A stretch of DNA of 64,000 bases from Mobula hypostoma (taxonomy: Eukaryota), in contig NC_086097.1 in the NCBI RefSeq assembly GCF_963921235.1, positions 191,210,001 through 191,274,000 of the forward strand. The letters are read 5' to 3'. A program made the position numbers and the translations under genes. The notes under the pieces were generated by a model that had not been told where the DNA came from, did no database searches, and saw only the letters and a program-made list of their open reading frames with translations. Shown here one piece after another: positions 25,492-38,600 of the stretch. Every line of letters starts with the position of its first letter. Within the stretch, counting starts at the first letter, position 1.

Positions 25492-28400
25492 CGTCTTAAA
25501 TGCAGAGGCAGTTCTCCCATCTCCACACATAATGCTGGGACTGATGTTGTTCTAAAAGCTCTACAACAGAGTCTAAGCGCTTTGGACTGCACGGTGTCTA
25601 GTTTTCCAAGCACTGCCGTAGCAGCGGAACCATAAGCAATGCAACCATAATCTATAACTGATCTAATCATAGCTAGATATATCAAGTACATAGTTTCCTG
25701 CCCTGCTCCCCAGTCCCATCCAGCAATACTTCTCATAACATTTAAAACTTTCTCACACTTTCCAATTGTTTTATCTATATGAACCCTGCAAGAAAGTCTT
25801 TCATCAAACCAGACACATAAAAACTTGAATACCTTGACTCTTTCTAGTGGAGAATCATACGATTCACAATCAGGAATCTTTCTTCTAAAGCCAAAAATCA
25901 TGTATTTAGACTTAGAAGCAGAAATCCTGAAACCCCATTTATTAGCCCAGTTTTCAACTGATCTTAAAGACTTCTGTACCTGCCTTAATATATACTTGAT
26001 GTTTCTTCCTCTTTTCCAATTGCACCATCGTCTGCAAACAATGATTTGCCAAATCCTGTCCCTACCTGACCAAAGGTATCATTTATCATGACATTAAAAA
26101 GAACTGGACTAATGACACTTCCTTGAGAGGTATCATTACCTATTTTAACTGACTTGGAGCTTTTTCCGCCTATTCTTACTTGAATTGTTCTTTCCTTAAG
26201 AAAACCTTTGATCCAATTAAACATTCTACCTCTAATTCCAACATCATAGAGTTTAATTAATAAACCATCCTTCCATAACGAGTCATATGCTCTTTCAATA
26301 TCTAGAAATACACTTACCATTACTTCTTTATTTTGAAATGCTTTTTTAATATCATGAACTAAAATGGCAACAGATTCCGTTGTTGATCTTCCAGTTCTAA
26401 AACCATTTTGATACGCAGCAAAATGTCTCTTATTTTCCAAAAAATAAACAAGTCTGTTGGTGACCATTCGTTCCATAGTTTTACAAAGCACTGACGTTAA
26501 AGCTATAGGCCGATACAAGCTAGGAATAGACGCATCCTTACCTGGCTTTAAAACTGGAACTACCACCGCATGCTTCCATTCTACTAGTAATTTTCCTTCT
26601 TTCCACACTGAATTAAACAATGCTAGAATTTCTATTAATACAGAGTCATCTAAATGCTTAAGCAATTCATAACACAGTCCATCCCTACCAGGAGAAGTGT
26701 TTGAACCTGATTGGACAGCTTCCTGCAATTCCTGAAGGGAGAAAAACAAATTTATGGAGCTATTATCATCCAAACTCCTGTCCAATTTCCAACTTTCCTT
26801 TAACATTATTTCCTTTCTCAAATCACCAAACTCTCCAGAATTGTGTAACGCTTGGAACACCTCTACAAACATATCAGCCTTTTCCTTATTGGTTACAGCT
26901 TCAATATCTCCTTCCAACAAAGCTCGGATAGATGGTTTCCTATATATCCCTGACATTCTGTGAATAATCGTCTATAGCTGCTTTATAGCTGTCTCAGGGC
27001 CCAGGGTTCCACAAAATCTTCTTCAACTATCCCTCTTTGCATTTTTAATTACTCTGCTTGCTACTGCTCTTTCCCTTTTATACTCCATAACATTACCTAA
27101 CACTGGGTACTTTCTTAATTTCCTGTAAGGCGGGAGGAGAAGATGGCGGCCCGCTGCGTGTGTGCAGCCCTCCGGTGAAAAATGATATTGTATCTGTTAA
27201 ATAGGGACTGTAGACAATTCTGATTTGATGGAGAATGGACGTGAAAGCACAGAGGAACATCTGGAGAAATTTCTGAAACGCCCATTCGCTGCTGTCGTTA
27301 ATGTGTGGTCAGGAATCTTTTGAAGGGTTGGCCTCAAAATCCCTGGTCCTGCCTGCTTTTGGCGACCGAGAAGGAGGTGGAATCGTTCGGACAGAGATGG
27401 CACTCAGTATTCGATGTCGGAGAGCTGATCAGAGCTCGAAGTTTTCGGATGACTCAGAGTCGGATTGTGGTCAGCATGGCAGGGAGAGTTTTTCTTCCTT
27501 CTCCCGTCTGTGTGAGATGTGGGACATTTGAAAAACTTTGAACTTTACTGTGCTCATGGACTTCTTCATCAAGTTATGGTATTGTTACACTGTTTGTAAC
27601 TATATGTTATAATTATGTGGTTTTGTCAGTTTTTTCAGTCTTGGTCTGTCCTGTGTTCTGTGATATCACACCAGAGGAAATAATGTGTCATTTCTTAATG
27701 CATGCATTACTAAATGACAACAAAAGAGAACTACGTGTCTTCATAATCTAAAAAAAAGCTCTATTTCTGTTTCTTACTGCTATATCACAATTTTTATTCC
27801 ACCACGGAACTAATACTCGAGCCTTAAGTACATTCCATAGCAGAATAGTCAACTGAGCAACTTTATGAATTATAGGACAGAGGGATTCATTCCAATCGTC
27901 TATGGAGCCCTCACTATTAATCTCTTCTATTATAGCCACAGCTTTCTCCTGGTACTCATCCCAATGGGCCAAAGAAAAATTATACCTAGCAGACCTCTCC
28001 TCAACTTCTACTATCAAATTTCTACCAAATCTACATAGTTCCTAGTCTGTATCTGTCCATAACATCCCATTCCCCAACCCTAGGTAAGATTGAGGAAGTG
28101 ATAGATAAGTCTAAGTGACTACACATATTCTTTACAATATTAAATCTTGTAGGCCTTCCGTCATTTAGCAGTACCATGTTGTATTTATCTAGAAACTCCT
28201 CTATTACTGCTCCATTACTATCTTTACTTTTACTACCCCATATAGGATTATGGGCATTGAAATCTCCAACCCAGATTATAGGGAATCTTACCTTATTCAT
28301 AATTTCATCCAAATCTGATAACATCATATTACCTGGATCATAAAAGTTAATCAAAGTTATTTGACCACGAGAGCTCCAAACCTCCACAGCCACAATTTCA

Positions 28401-29980
28401 AGGTTAGATTTAAAATCAAGTCTTCTAAACTGGAGTCCTGTTTTTACGAAAGTTGCACACCCTCCACCAGATTTACCTGTTTCATTAGCTCTCAAGCTAT
28501 CATATCCAGGGATCACAAAATCCAGATGAGGCTTTAACCATGTCTCCTGTATACAGATCAAATTGGGCTTGTCTTTAAAAGTTCCAACAAATCTTTTTAA
28601 TTCTTAACCATTTGCAGGTAATCTTCTTGTAATATTGTAATATTAAAAACATTCAAATATTAATTATTGGCCTCTTCATCCACATAAAGCTCCTCTGTAC
28701 TCTCTGATCCAGATAACTGGGAAGTATTCAGTGATTGTTTGTCTGTCATATACTCATGTAATTTTTCCGACAAAATCTGTTTTATATCAAGGAATCTCTC
28801 TGCAGCTCCAACAACTACTTTTATCATATCTGACCTCTTGGCTGTAGTTTTAGCCCCAACCAGTACATCAACTACAAACGCCAAAACAGACTCTTTAGTC
28901 GTCAACAACATGCCTGAAGAAACCATAGTTAGAGAACTCAGAATGAACTGACTCCCCATCATTCCAATCTTTTCTTTACTTATCCCTTGCTCTCCATCAA
29001 CTTTCTTTACTGCTTCAGTACTTCAGTGTTTGTTGAATACTAACATCCTGAATCTACTTTGCCTTACTAAACTACTTACATCCTCTGAACGCCACTATGT
29101 GGTCCCCTCCACAGTTACTGTGTTTAGGCACCGCTGCCTTACATGCTTTAATATCATGATCGTCTCCATATTTCATACATCTTCTTTTACCTCGACATGA
29201 ACCAGCAACATGTCCTAATCTCTGGCAATTATAACAGCGTAAGGGAGGCCTAATGTATTCTCTAACTTGATAAGACATGCACCCAAGATAGACTCTAGTT
29301 GGAAGAACATCACCTGCAAAAACCAGAAGGACAGGAGAATACCAATTACCACCTTCTCTCGATTTTAATCGTTTGGCTTCAATCACTCGACCATCTTTAA
29401 TATTGTGCAAAATTTCCTTTTCAGTCATGCCAGACCAAATACCATACACTACCCCCTTAACTCCCTTCCTTTCTTTCGGAGTAATACACTCCACTTTCAC
29501 AACCAATTTTCCCACCATTTTAGCACTGTTATATTGGTCAATATCTTTGCAACAAATTTTCAGCAATCCATTAGACAAATCTTGGCCTGGAATCCTTTAC
29601 CTATTTGGTTCTCTAATGCTGCTGCCACTTTCAAAGGATTAAGGGCTCTAAATCCTCCTTCTCCTTCCTTCTGACCTTTAATTTTATACAGAACTATAAA
29701 TTCCTCCAATTCACTCATTTTCGTCAATTTGTTGTCCCCCGTTACTTCAGGTCATTCACTTGATGTACCCCTTTTTTGGCTACCCTTACTTCTGGAGTAT
29801 TCCACAGTCTCCCACCCTCCCCCTTCAATCTCAACACCCCCTCTCCCTTTTGCAGCCATAGGCTACAACTAACCCTTTCCAGACTACTAGGCTCCTCCAT
29901 GCCAAAGTCCCCACCCACTCAATCAACAGCCCCATCTGCCAGTCTGCTTCCCACCCAGCCAGCAGCCGAGAGTTCAAAAC
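25492..29980 (-). mobile_element. I/Nimb-type LINE copy 2: 5' UTR, gag-like ORF1, APE, RT; 3' RNase H part missing
   Basis: ORF1 PPLRCYNCQRLGHVAGSC plus two degenerate knuckles; APE CIQETWL, VGDFNAH, HLDLS; RT 25985-26956; highly similar to copy 1. Confidence 0.93.
27130..27755 (+). mobile_element. ~630-bp non-coding retroelement, copy 1, inserted in the Nimb LINE
   Basis: Absent from the equivalent site of Nimb copy 1 (CTGTAAG|CTCTAT at ~2772); possible AAG TSD; second copy at 34711. Confidence 0.88.
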
Positions 29981-30039
29981 ATGATCCAGCTCCTCTGACC
30001 ACCTCCCTGGCCAGCCAGTCCACGTCCTCTCTGCTCGCT

Positions 30040-30292
30040 TATCAGATTCCTTATTCTTCTGCTCTTTACCTTTTCCACCTATCACCTCCCAGCTTTTCTC
30101 TTCAAACTCCCTCCCCGCCCATTTGACTTCACCAATCACATTCTAGCTTGTACTCCTTACCCTCCACCCTCACCTTCTCATTCTGGCTTCCTCCCTCTTC
30201 CTTTCCAGTCCTGATGGAGAGTCTAGGCCAGAAACATCAACAGTTAATTCCTTTTTGTTGATGCTGCCAGACCTGCTGTGTTTCTCCAGCAT
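30040..30292 (+). mobile_element. Older Penelope pLTR with decayed hammerhead motif
   Basis: AGTCCTGATGGAGAGTCTAGGCCAGAAACATC; GATGCTGCC...CTGCTGTGTTTCTCCAGCA. Confidence 0.75.
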
Positions 30293-30337
30293 ATTGAAAG
30301 CGTTGCATCTGATAGAAGTGTATAGGATTATTAGAGG

Positions 30338-31473
30338 TACAGACAACGTTTTGGGCCGAGACACTTTGTCAGGACTAACTGAAAGAAGAGATAGTAAGAG
30401 ATTTGAAAGTGGGAGGGGGAGGGGGGAGATCCAAAATGATAGGAGAAGACAGGAGGGGGAGGGATGGAGCCAAGAGCTGGAAAGTAGATTGGCAAAAGGG
30501 ATATGAGAGGATCATGGGACAGGAGGCCGAGGGAGAAGGAAAAGGGGGAGGGGGGAAAACCCAGAGGATGGGCAAGGGGTATAGTGAGGGGGACAGAGGG
30601 AGAAAAAGGAGAGAGAGAAAAAGAATGTGTGTGTGTATATAAATAAATAACGGATGGGGTACGAGGGGGAGGTGGGGCATGAGCGGAAGTTTAAGAAGGT
30701 CAATGTTCATGCCATCAGGTTGGAGGCTACCCAGACGGAATATAAGGTGCCTTCTATATATTGGCGACCTCCCGATTTGTCCTCCTATATATTGGCGAGA
30801 CCCGACGCAGACTAGGAGGTCGTTTCGCTGAACACCTACGCTCTGTCCGCCAGAGAAAGCAGGATCTCCCAGTGGCCACACATTTTAATTCCACATCCCA
30901 TTCCCATTCTGATATGTCTATCCACGGCCTCCTCTACTGTAAAGCTGAAGCCACACTCAGGCTGGAGGAACAACACCTTATATTCCATTTGGGTAGCCTC
31001 CAACCTGATGGCATGAACATTGACTTCTCAAACTTCTGCTAATGCCCCACTTCCCCCTCGTACACCATCCGTTATTTATTTATATACACATTCTTTTTCT
31101 CTCTCTCCTTTTTCTCCCTCTGTCCCCCTCACTATACCCCTTGCCCATTCTCTGGGTTTTTTCCCCCCTCCCCCTTTTCCTTCTCCCTAGGCCTTCTGTC
31201 CCATGATCCTCTCATATCCCCTTTGCCAATCACCTGTCCAGCTCTTGGCTCCATCCTTCCCCCTCCTGTCTTCTCCTATCATTTTGGATCTCCCCCTCTC
31301 CCACCCACTTTCAAATCGCTTACTAGCTCTTCCTTCAGTTAGTCCTGACGAAGGGTCTCAGCCCAAAACGTCGACTGTGCCTCTTCCTAGAGATGCTGCC
31401 TGGCCTGCTGCGTTCACCAGCAACTTTTATGTGTGTTGCTTGAAATTCCAGCATCTGCAGATTTCCTTGTGTT
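30338..31473 (+). mobile_element. 5'-truncated Penelope element: inverted pLTR, GIY-YIG endonuclease C-terminus, 3' pLTR; 15-bp TSD
   Basis: TSD TAGGATTATTAGAGG at 30323-30337 and 31474-31488; 30338-30775 is an inverted copy of the 3' part. Confidence 0.92.
30783..31042 (+). pseudogene. Penelope GIY-YIG endonuclease fragment
   Basis: LYIGETRRRLGGRFAEHLR...VATHFN...RLEEQHLIFHLGSLQPDGMN. Confidence 0.92.
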
Positions 31474-31952
31474 TAGGATTATTAGAGGCAGTCAAAACCT
31501 TCTTCTTGTGGTAAATATATCACATAGATATGATCATTGTATTTAGTTTAACTCTTGCCATTAGTGATTGCCTTTGTCATACATGTTTGAATTTGTGGAC
31601 AACACCATTTGAAGTATCAAATTCAAGGAAATCTTGTGTGCCAGTGTAGTGATGTCAATGGCAAAAGTGTCAAAGATAGAGAGAGGTGAGCTCATGACTG
31701 AGGCACAACATGTTTAGGTAATATCAAGGTGGCTCTGAAATGCAATTGTGGGGTGGGGTTACACATTTGAGTTGCATATGAATTTTAGAGATATGAGCCC
31801 TGGGAAAGTTGGGGTAAACTGAGGAAAGTAGGATCCAAGTCATACATTTGTTAGGACATGGTGTATTCCTTCATGTACTGTATGTTAAGTCTTTGAAATT
31901 TTTGTAGCCCTGTATTCAGACCTCAATAGGGTGGAAGAGATATTATATTCAT

Positions 31953-32095
31953 GCAACACACACAAAATGCTGAAAGAACTTAGCAGGCCAGGTGGCATCT
32001 ATAGCAATGAACAAACAGGCAATGCATCAGGCCAAGACCTTTCTTCAGGACTGGAAGGGAAAGGGGGAATTGCCAGAATAAAACGGTGGTGGAAG
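31953..32095 (-). mobile_element. Old Penelope pLTR fragment
   Basis: GCAACACACACAAAATGCTG...CAGGCCAAGACC...CAGGACT. Confidence 0.7.
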
Positions 32096-33306
32096 GCACT
32101 TGCACTTTCCACTTGTAAAGTTATTTTCACAGATAGTATGTATCTAGCGTACTTCCAGGTCTACTATTGCAGAATGCATCTCTCTTCCTTCCAACCACCT
32201 TGAATCTCACAAGAACAGAATTTTCCCCTTTCAGACATGGGGCAGTTTCAAAAAGTGCAGACTTGATCTCACTATTATTTTTTATTACTGGTATTAGACA
32301 GTTCTGAAACGTGTTCTGTCTGCTCAGTTCTAATCAATTCAATAATGCAGCTGGAAATTACAGTCATATTCCAATCCTTCACAGGCTCAAGTGTGTGTGA
32401 ATTAATCACATATGACAATCTCCACATCCATCTTCCAGCACTATTCAATATATTTTCTGTAACTTTTGGGGCTTATTTTGCACCAGTAATTTTGTTCATT
32501 AAACACATTTTTCCTCTTTATTGCTAGTGTGTTTATTTTGGATTGTGTTCAATTATATTGAGAGGAGAAATTTTGTTTTGGCCTGTCAGAAGCATTAATT
32601 TTATGATTCTGTGAACTGCCAGTGTTAAAAATATTTGCTGAGGCAAAAACATGGGTCTAAAGCATAACAGGCAAAGTTAAAATTTAAGATTTCAAGTCCT
32701 GGCATATGAATTGACATTATTGGAATAATGAAAATGTAACCTTCACATCTTTCCTGTTATTTACTTTGGCATACTATTCTCATGCCATATTTTCTGTCAG
32801 TCAACATGTCATCGTGTCAGAAGGCCCCATTTATCTAGAATTAATACAACTGTACTTCTCTGGTTAGACTCATAATGATTGGCAGTTGAGAAGTTCTTGC
32901 ACAATTTTATGTTAATATTTCAAATTGAACTTTAAAAATGAGCAAAGAAGTGACCTTTACTTATGTCAAAAGAGGCACCAGCAACATAGGAAAGTACAGG
33001 CCCAGAAACAATGTTGCAAACTGTTGGTTTATTGCAGAAACTAATTGTATTTCATCACCCAGTCTCCCAAATGTCTATCAGATTTTCTACTGTTTCCGTG
33101 CATGTAGTCTCTTTTGCCTCACTGAACAGTCTGTTCACCAACTTATATACACAAGAAATTTGGCAAATCTGTTACCAATCACACTGTGTTCTCTTCTCTT
33201 TACAGATCTGGTAAATTCATGAAAGAAAAATTCCTTCCACTGAAAGCATACTAACTTCATTTTAGCATACAATACTTATTTAATTGTTTTATTCCCTCTG
33301 GTTCAG

Positions 33307-33408
33307 GACATTTTACTGAAACTGAAGCCATGGCAGATGTTGATGAACTCTGGAGTGAACCCTGGACATTAAAGGAAATAGAAGCAGTAGTAGGTCATTT
33401 GGCCTCAG
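33307..33408 (+). pseudogene. Candidate exon, 102 nt, phase 1-1
   Basis: gttttattccctctggttcag acceptor; open HFTETEAMADVDELWSEPWTLKEIEAVVGHLAS; CAG|GCAAGG GC-type donor. Confidence 0.4.
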
Positions 33409-33899
33409 GCAAGGAAGTTCTTCTGTGGTATACTATCACCATGATCTTGTTCAAAGGCATGATCATATTTGGCATGAGTCAAATGGGCTGCTCCTACTTC
33501 TGTTTTATTTTATGCTCTTCTGTTCACTGCTCCATTCATTACTTTTAACACTAGGAATTTATTGTCTGCTTTGCTGCTAACTTGAGCCTTTCCTGTGATC
33601 TGTATTTGCTGCTCACAATGTGGTTTCTTCACTTAAGCAACCAGATTCAGAATAAATGTCTAATTTTGTCCAAAAGTCCATCTTTTAAACTTAGCTTCTC
33701 TTCCAATTTGCACTTTGACCTAGAATACAATAAACATTCAAAGCAGGTAACCTGTTGATGTAATAATGACTTTAGTAACTTTGCATGATAGTTACTTCTT
33801 AAAAACACAAGGATGTGTACTTGTTTACGTGGGAAGCACCAGTCAATATTTGATAATAGGAGTTTCATAATAGAGTTTTCACAGAGAATGATAGTACCC

Positions 33900-34610
33900 T
33901 GGGCAACAAAGAAAACTTGGAGTTCAGGTACAAAGTGCAGTAACAGGCAGACAGGATGGTGAAAAAGGTTTGAGGCATGCTAGCCTTAATTAGTAAGGGC
34001 ATTGAGTTTCAAAGTTTGGAGATTATTATGCAGTTGTACTAGACTTGGGTGAGGCCACACTTGAGAGTATTGTGCTCAGTTTTGGTTACTCTGCTATACT
34101 CTTGCTAAACTAGAAAGAGTGAAAAAAAAGATTTTCAAGAATGTTGTCAGGACTCAAGGGTCTGAGTTATAGTGAGACACTGGGCAGGGTAGTTCTTTCT
34201 TCCTTGGACTGTAAAAGACCGAGAGGTGATCTTGCAGAGGTATATAAGATCATGATGGACATACTCTAGATAGAGTGGATATACTCCATTTTTTGCCCAG
34301 GGTTGGGGAATCAAGAATTAGAGAGCATAGGTTTAAAATCAGAGGGGAGAGAAGTAAGAGGAATTTGATGTGCTACTTCTATATGCGGAGGATGGTGCAT
34401 ACATGGAATGAGCTGCCCATGGAAGAGGTTGAGACAGGTACAATAACAATGTTCAAAAACCATTTGGAGAGCTACATGGATGGGAAAGATTTAGAAAGTT
34501 ATGGGCCAAAGTAGGAAATTGAGACTCGCTTGGATGGGTACCTTGGTTGGTACAGAGCAGTTGGGCCTAACAGGCCTGTTTCTGTGCTGTATGACTATAT
34601 AACTCCATGA
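33900..34610 (+). mobile_element. Old CR1 3' portion
   Basis: RPHL.YCAQFW-like, HTWNELP and CR1 tail. Confidence 0.8.
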
Positions 34611-34710
34611 GTGATTATTTCAGTCCATGGTCAAAGGCATTTCACAATGGTACAGCTTTAGTTCTTCTTGATAAGGGATTGGCAATATTAAATTATCTTT
34701 ATGCAACTAG

Positions 34711-35336
34711 GCGGGAGGAGAGAGAAGCAGCACGCCACGTGTGCGCATCCCTCCGATGAAAAATGATATCGTATCTGTTAAATAGGGGCCATGGACAATT
34801 CTGATCTGATGGAGATGGACGTGAAAGCACAGAGGAATATCTGGAAAAATTTCTGAAACGCTCATTCGCTGCTGTCATTACTGCGCGGTTGGGAATCTTT
34901 TGGAGGAAAGGCCTCAAAATCCCCGGCTTTGCCTGCTGTTGGCGACCGAGGAGGAGGTCGAATCGTTCAGATTGAGATGGCGCTCAGTACTCGGTGTCGG
35001 AGAACTGATCAGAGCTCGAAGTTTTCGGATGACTCAGAGTTGGACCGTGGTCGGGTATGGCAGGGAGAGTTTTTCTTCCTTCTCTCCGTCTACGTGAGAT
35101 GTGCGACATTTGAGAGACTTTGAACTTTTACTGTGCTCACGGACTTCTTCATCAAGTTATGTTATTGTTGCACTGTTGTAACTATATGTTATAATTATGT
35201 AGTTTTGTTAGTTTTTTTCAGTCTTGGTCTGTCCTGTGTTTTGTGATATCACACCGGAGGATATATTGTATCATTTCTTAATGCATGCATTACTAAATGA
35301 CAATAAAAGAGGACTGTGTGTCTTCATAATCATAAT
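34711..35336 (+). mobile_element. ~630-bp non-coding retroelement, copy 2
   Basis: Colinear with 27130-27755 from GCGGGAGGAGA to TCTTCATAATC. Confidence 0.88.
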
Positions 35337-35654
35337 ACTTAATTCACTTTCTGCTGCATTGCATTATCTCTTGAACCTTTGTGGATCTTACCTTCCACTC
35401 TCCGTTGTTTGTTTAGTCCTTTCTATGCCTCTGAGTAACTTGCTGATGATCTCTTATACAGCCTGCTTTTTGTTTTACTTGATCATTTGTGATCATTCAA
35501 GTAAGTATCGGAATTCTTGGAACCTCTAACCAGAGGTTCAGGTTAAAAAATGTAGTAAGCAGATATTATTTTCAGCTGGGAGTTTTCTCCGTTCCAACTC
35601 ATCGGCAGAATAGATTTAGTTTAATTTGACATCATGTTTTGACATCACGCCAAA

Positions 35655-38600
35655 TCTGGGTGCCAGATGTGGGAGTCTTGGGATTCTTTGAGCCTCCCAG
35701 ATGGCCACATCTGCGCCAGGTTCACCGAGATGTGGCTCCTGAGAGACTGTGTTAGGGATCTGGAACTGCGGTTTGATGACCTACAGCTTATTAGGGAAAG
35801 TGAGCAGGAGATACATAGGAGCTATAGGGAGTTAGTCACCCCGATGCTGCAGGAGTTAGACAAGTGGGTGACTGTCAAGGAAGAGAAGGGAAGAGCTCAG
35901 ATAGTAGAGAGCACCCCTGTGGCCATCCTCCCCCTCAGTAATCATTATCTCGTTTTGGATGCTGTTGAGGGAGGTGACCTGATAGAGGATGACCACAGTG
36001 ATCGGGTCTCTGGAACAGAGCCTGGTTCCATTGTGCAGAAGGGAGAGAAGATGATGAGGAATGCAATTGTCATGGGGGATTCCACAGTGAGAGGAACAGA
36101 CAAAAGATTCTGTCAGCCTGATAGAGATACCCACATGCTGTGTTGCCTCCCAGCTGCCAGGGTACAGGATGTCTCAGATCAGGTGCAGAGTATTCTGAAG
36201 GGAGAGGGTGAAGAGCCAGAAGTCTTGGTACACGTTGGTTCCAATGACATAGGTAGAAAAAGGGAGGAAGTCCTAAAGAGAGAATTCAGGGAGTTGGGTA
36301 GGAAGCTGAAAAGTTGGACTTCCAGGGTAGCAATCTCTGGATTGCTGCCTGTGCCACATGAAAATGAGCACAAGAATAGCATGATCAGGCATATTAATGT
36401 GTGGCTGTGAGACTGGTGTAGGCGACTTGGCAGTGGCTGGATCAGTGGGGCCACTTCTAGCAGAGGTACAAAAAGGACAGGTTACAGGGGTCCAATATCC
36501 TAGCAGGCAGGTTTAATAGAGCTGTTAGGGAGGGTTTAAACTAATTTGACAAGGGGATGGGAACCGGAGTGATTGGGCTGAAGAAGGGGAAAACAGAAAT
36601 AGTGTGTGACAGAGATGACAGGAAGGACAGACAGGAGATGAGGCATAATCACAGCCAGTGGGCTGAGTTACAGGGCAATAGAAGCATGGTGCAGTTAAAA
36701 CAGAGAGCAACAAATACTGGATTGAAAGTGTTGTATTTGAATGTACGCTGCATAAGAAATAAAATGGACAATCTTGAAATTCAGCTACAGATTAGCAAGT
36801 ATGATGTTGTGGCCATCTCTGAAACTTGGCTAAAGGATGGCTGCCATTGGGAGCTGAACGTCCAAGGATATACGGTGTATCAGAAAGATACGTTAGTAGG
36901 CAGAGGGGGTGGTGTGACCCTGTGTATAAGAAATAATGTTAAATAATCAGAAAGGGATGACATAGGATCGAAAGGTATAGAGTCTCTATGGGTTGAGTTA
37001 AGAAGTGGTAAGGGTAAAAGGACCCTAATGGCAGTTGTATACAGGCCTCCAAACAGGAGCTGGGATGTGGATTACAAATTGCCGCAGGAGACAGAAAAGG
37101 TGTGTCAGGAGGGCAATGCTTGATAATCATTGGGGATTTTAGCATGAAAGTGGATTGGGAAAACCAGGCCAATACTGGACCTCAAGAGAGAAAATTTGTA
37201 GAATGTCTAAGGGATGGCTTTTTAGAACAGCTTATTGTTGAACCCACTAGGGGATCGGCTGTGCTAGATTTGGTGTTGTGCAAAGATCCAGAGGTGATAA
37301 GTGAGCTTAAGGTTCAGGAACACTTAGGGTTCAGTGATCACAACATGATTGAGTTCACTTTGAAATTTGAGAAGGATAAACTAAACTCCAATCTGTCGGT
37401 GTTCCAGGGGAATAAAGGAAATTACAATGGCATGAGAGGGGAACTGGCCAAAGTTGACTGGAAAGTGACACTAGCAGTAAGGACAGCAGAGCAGCAATGG
37501 CTGGAGTTTCTGCAAAAAATGAGGGAAGTGCAAGACAGATAAATTCAGAATCAGTAGAATCAGAATCAGAATCAGAATCAGGTTTATTATCAAATTAGTT
37601 TAATCAGGCATGTGATGTGATATTTGTTAACTTAGCAGCAGCAGTTTAATGCAATAAATAATGTAGAAGGAAAAAAATAATAAGTAAATCTTATTCAGTA
37701 TACCATACATTATACATATAGTGAATAGATTAAAATCATGCAAAAAACAGAAATACTATATATATGTATATATAATTAGTGAGGTAGTATCCAAGGGTAC
37801 AATGTCCATTTAGGAATCGGATGGCAGAGGGGAAGAAGCTGTTTCTGAATCGCTGAGTGTGTGCCTTCAGGCTTCTGTATCTCCTACCTGATGGTAACAG
37901 TGAGAAAAGGGCATGCTCTGGGTGCTGAAGGTCCTTAATAATGGATGCTGCAGTTCTGAGACTCTACTCCTTGAAGATGTCCTGGGTACTTTGTAGGCTA
38001 GTACCCAAGATGGAGCTGAATAAATTTACCACCCTCTTGTCCTGTGTGGTAGCACCTCCATATCAGACAGTGATGCAGCCTGTCAGATTGCTCTCCATGT
38101 ACATCTATAGAAGTTTTTGAGTGTATTTGCTGACATGCCAAATCTCTTCAAACTCCTTATAAAGTATAGTCATTGTCTTGACTTCTTTATAACTGCATCA
38201 ATATATTGGGACCAGGTTAGATCCTTAGAGATCTTGACACCCAGGAACTTGAAACTGCTCATTCTCTCCACTTCTGATTCCAAATAAGAAGAAATTTTCG
38301 AATGGAAGAAGGACACTACCATGGCTGACAAGTGAAGTCAGAGTCGAAGTAAAACCAAAAGAGAGGGCATACAAGGAAGCCAAAGCTAGTGGGAAGAAAG
38401 AGGATTGGAAGCTTTTGAAAAACTTGCAGAAGGAAACTAAGAAGGTCATTAGGAAGGAAAAGATGTATTATGAAAGGAAGCTGGCGACTAATATCAAAGA
38501 AGATACCAATAGCTTTTTTAAGTATATAAAGGGTAAAAGAGAGTTGTGGGTAGATATAGGATCAATAGAAAATGACAGTGGAGATATTGTAATGAGAGAT

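Noticed and set aside
25259..25499. Identical MLVNAAGQAASIG... ORFs on both strands (also 50553 and 50634)
   Set aside because: Artefact of the inverted Penelope pLTRs, not genes
33355..33412. EPWTLKEIEAVVGHLASGK resembles the pre-RT segment of LINEs
   Set aside because: No SPGPDG or RT motifs follow; too short
37547..37580. (AATCAG)n, (AGT)n, (CAT)n and (GA)n arrays as CRISPR or telomeric repeats
   Set aside because: Spacerless microsatellites explained as retroelement tails or LTR-internal repeats
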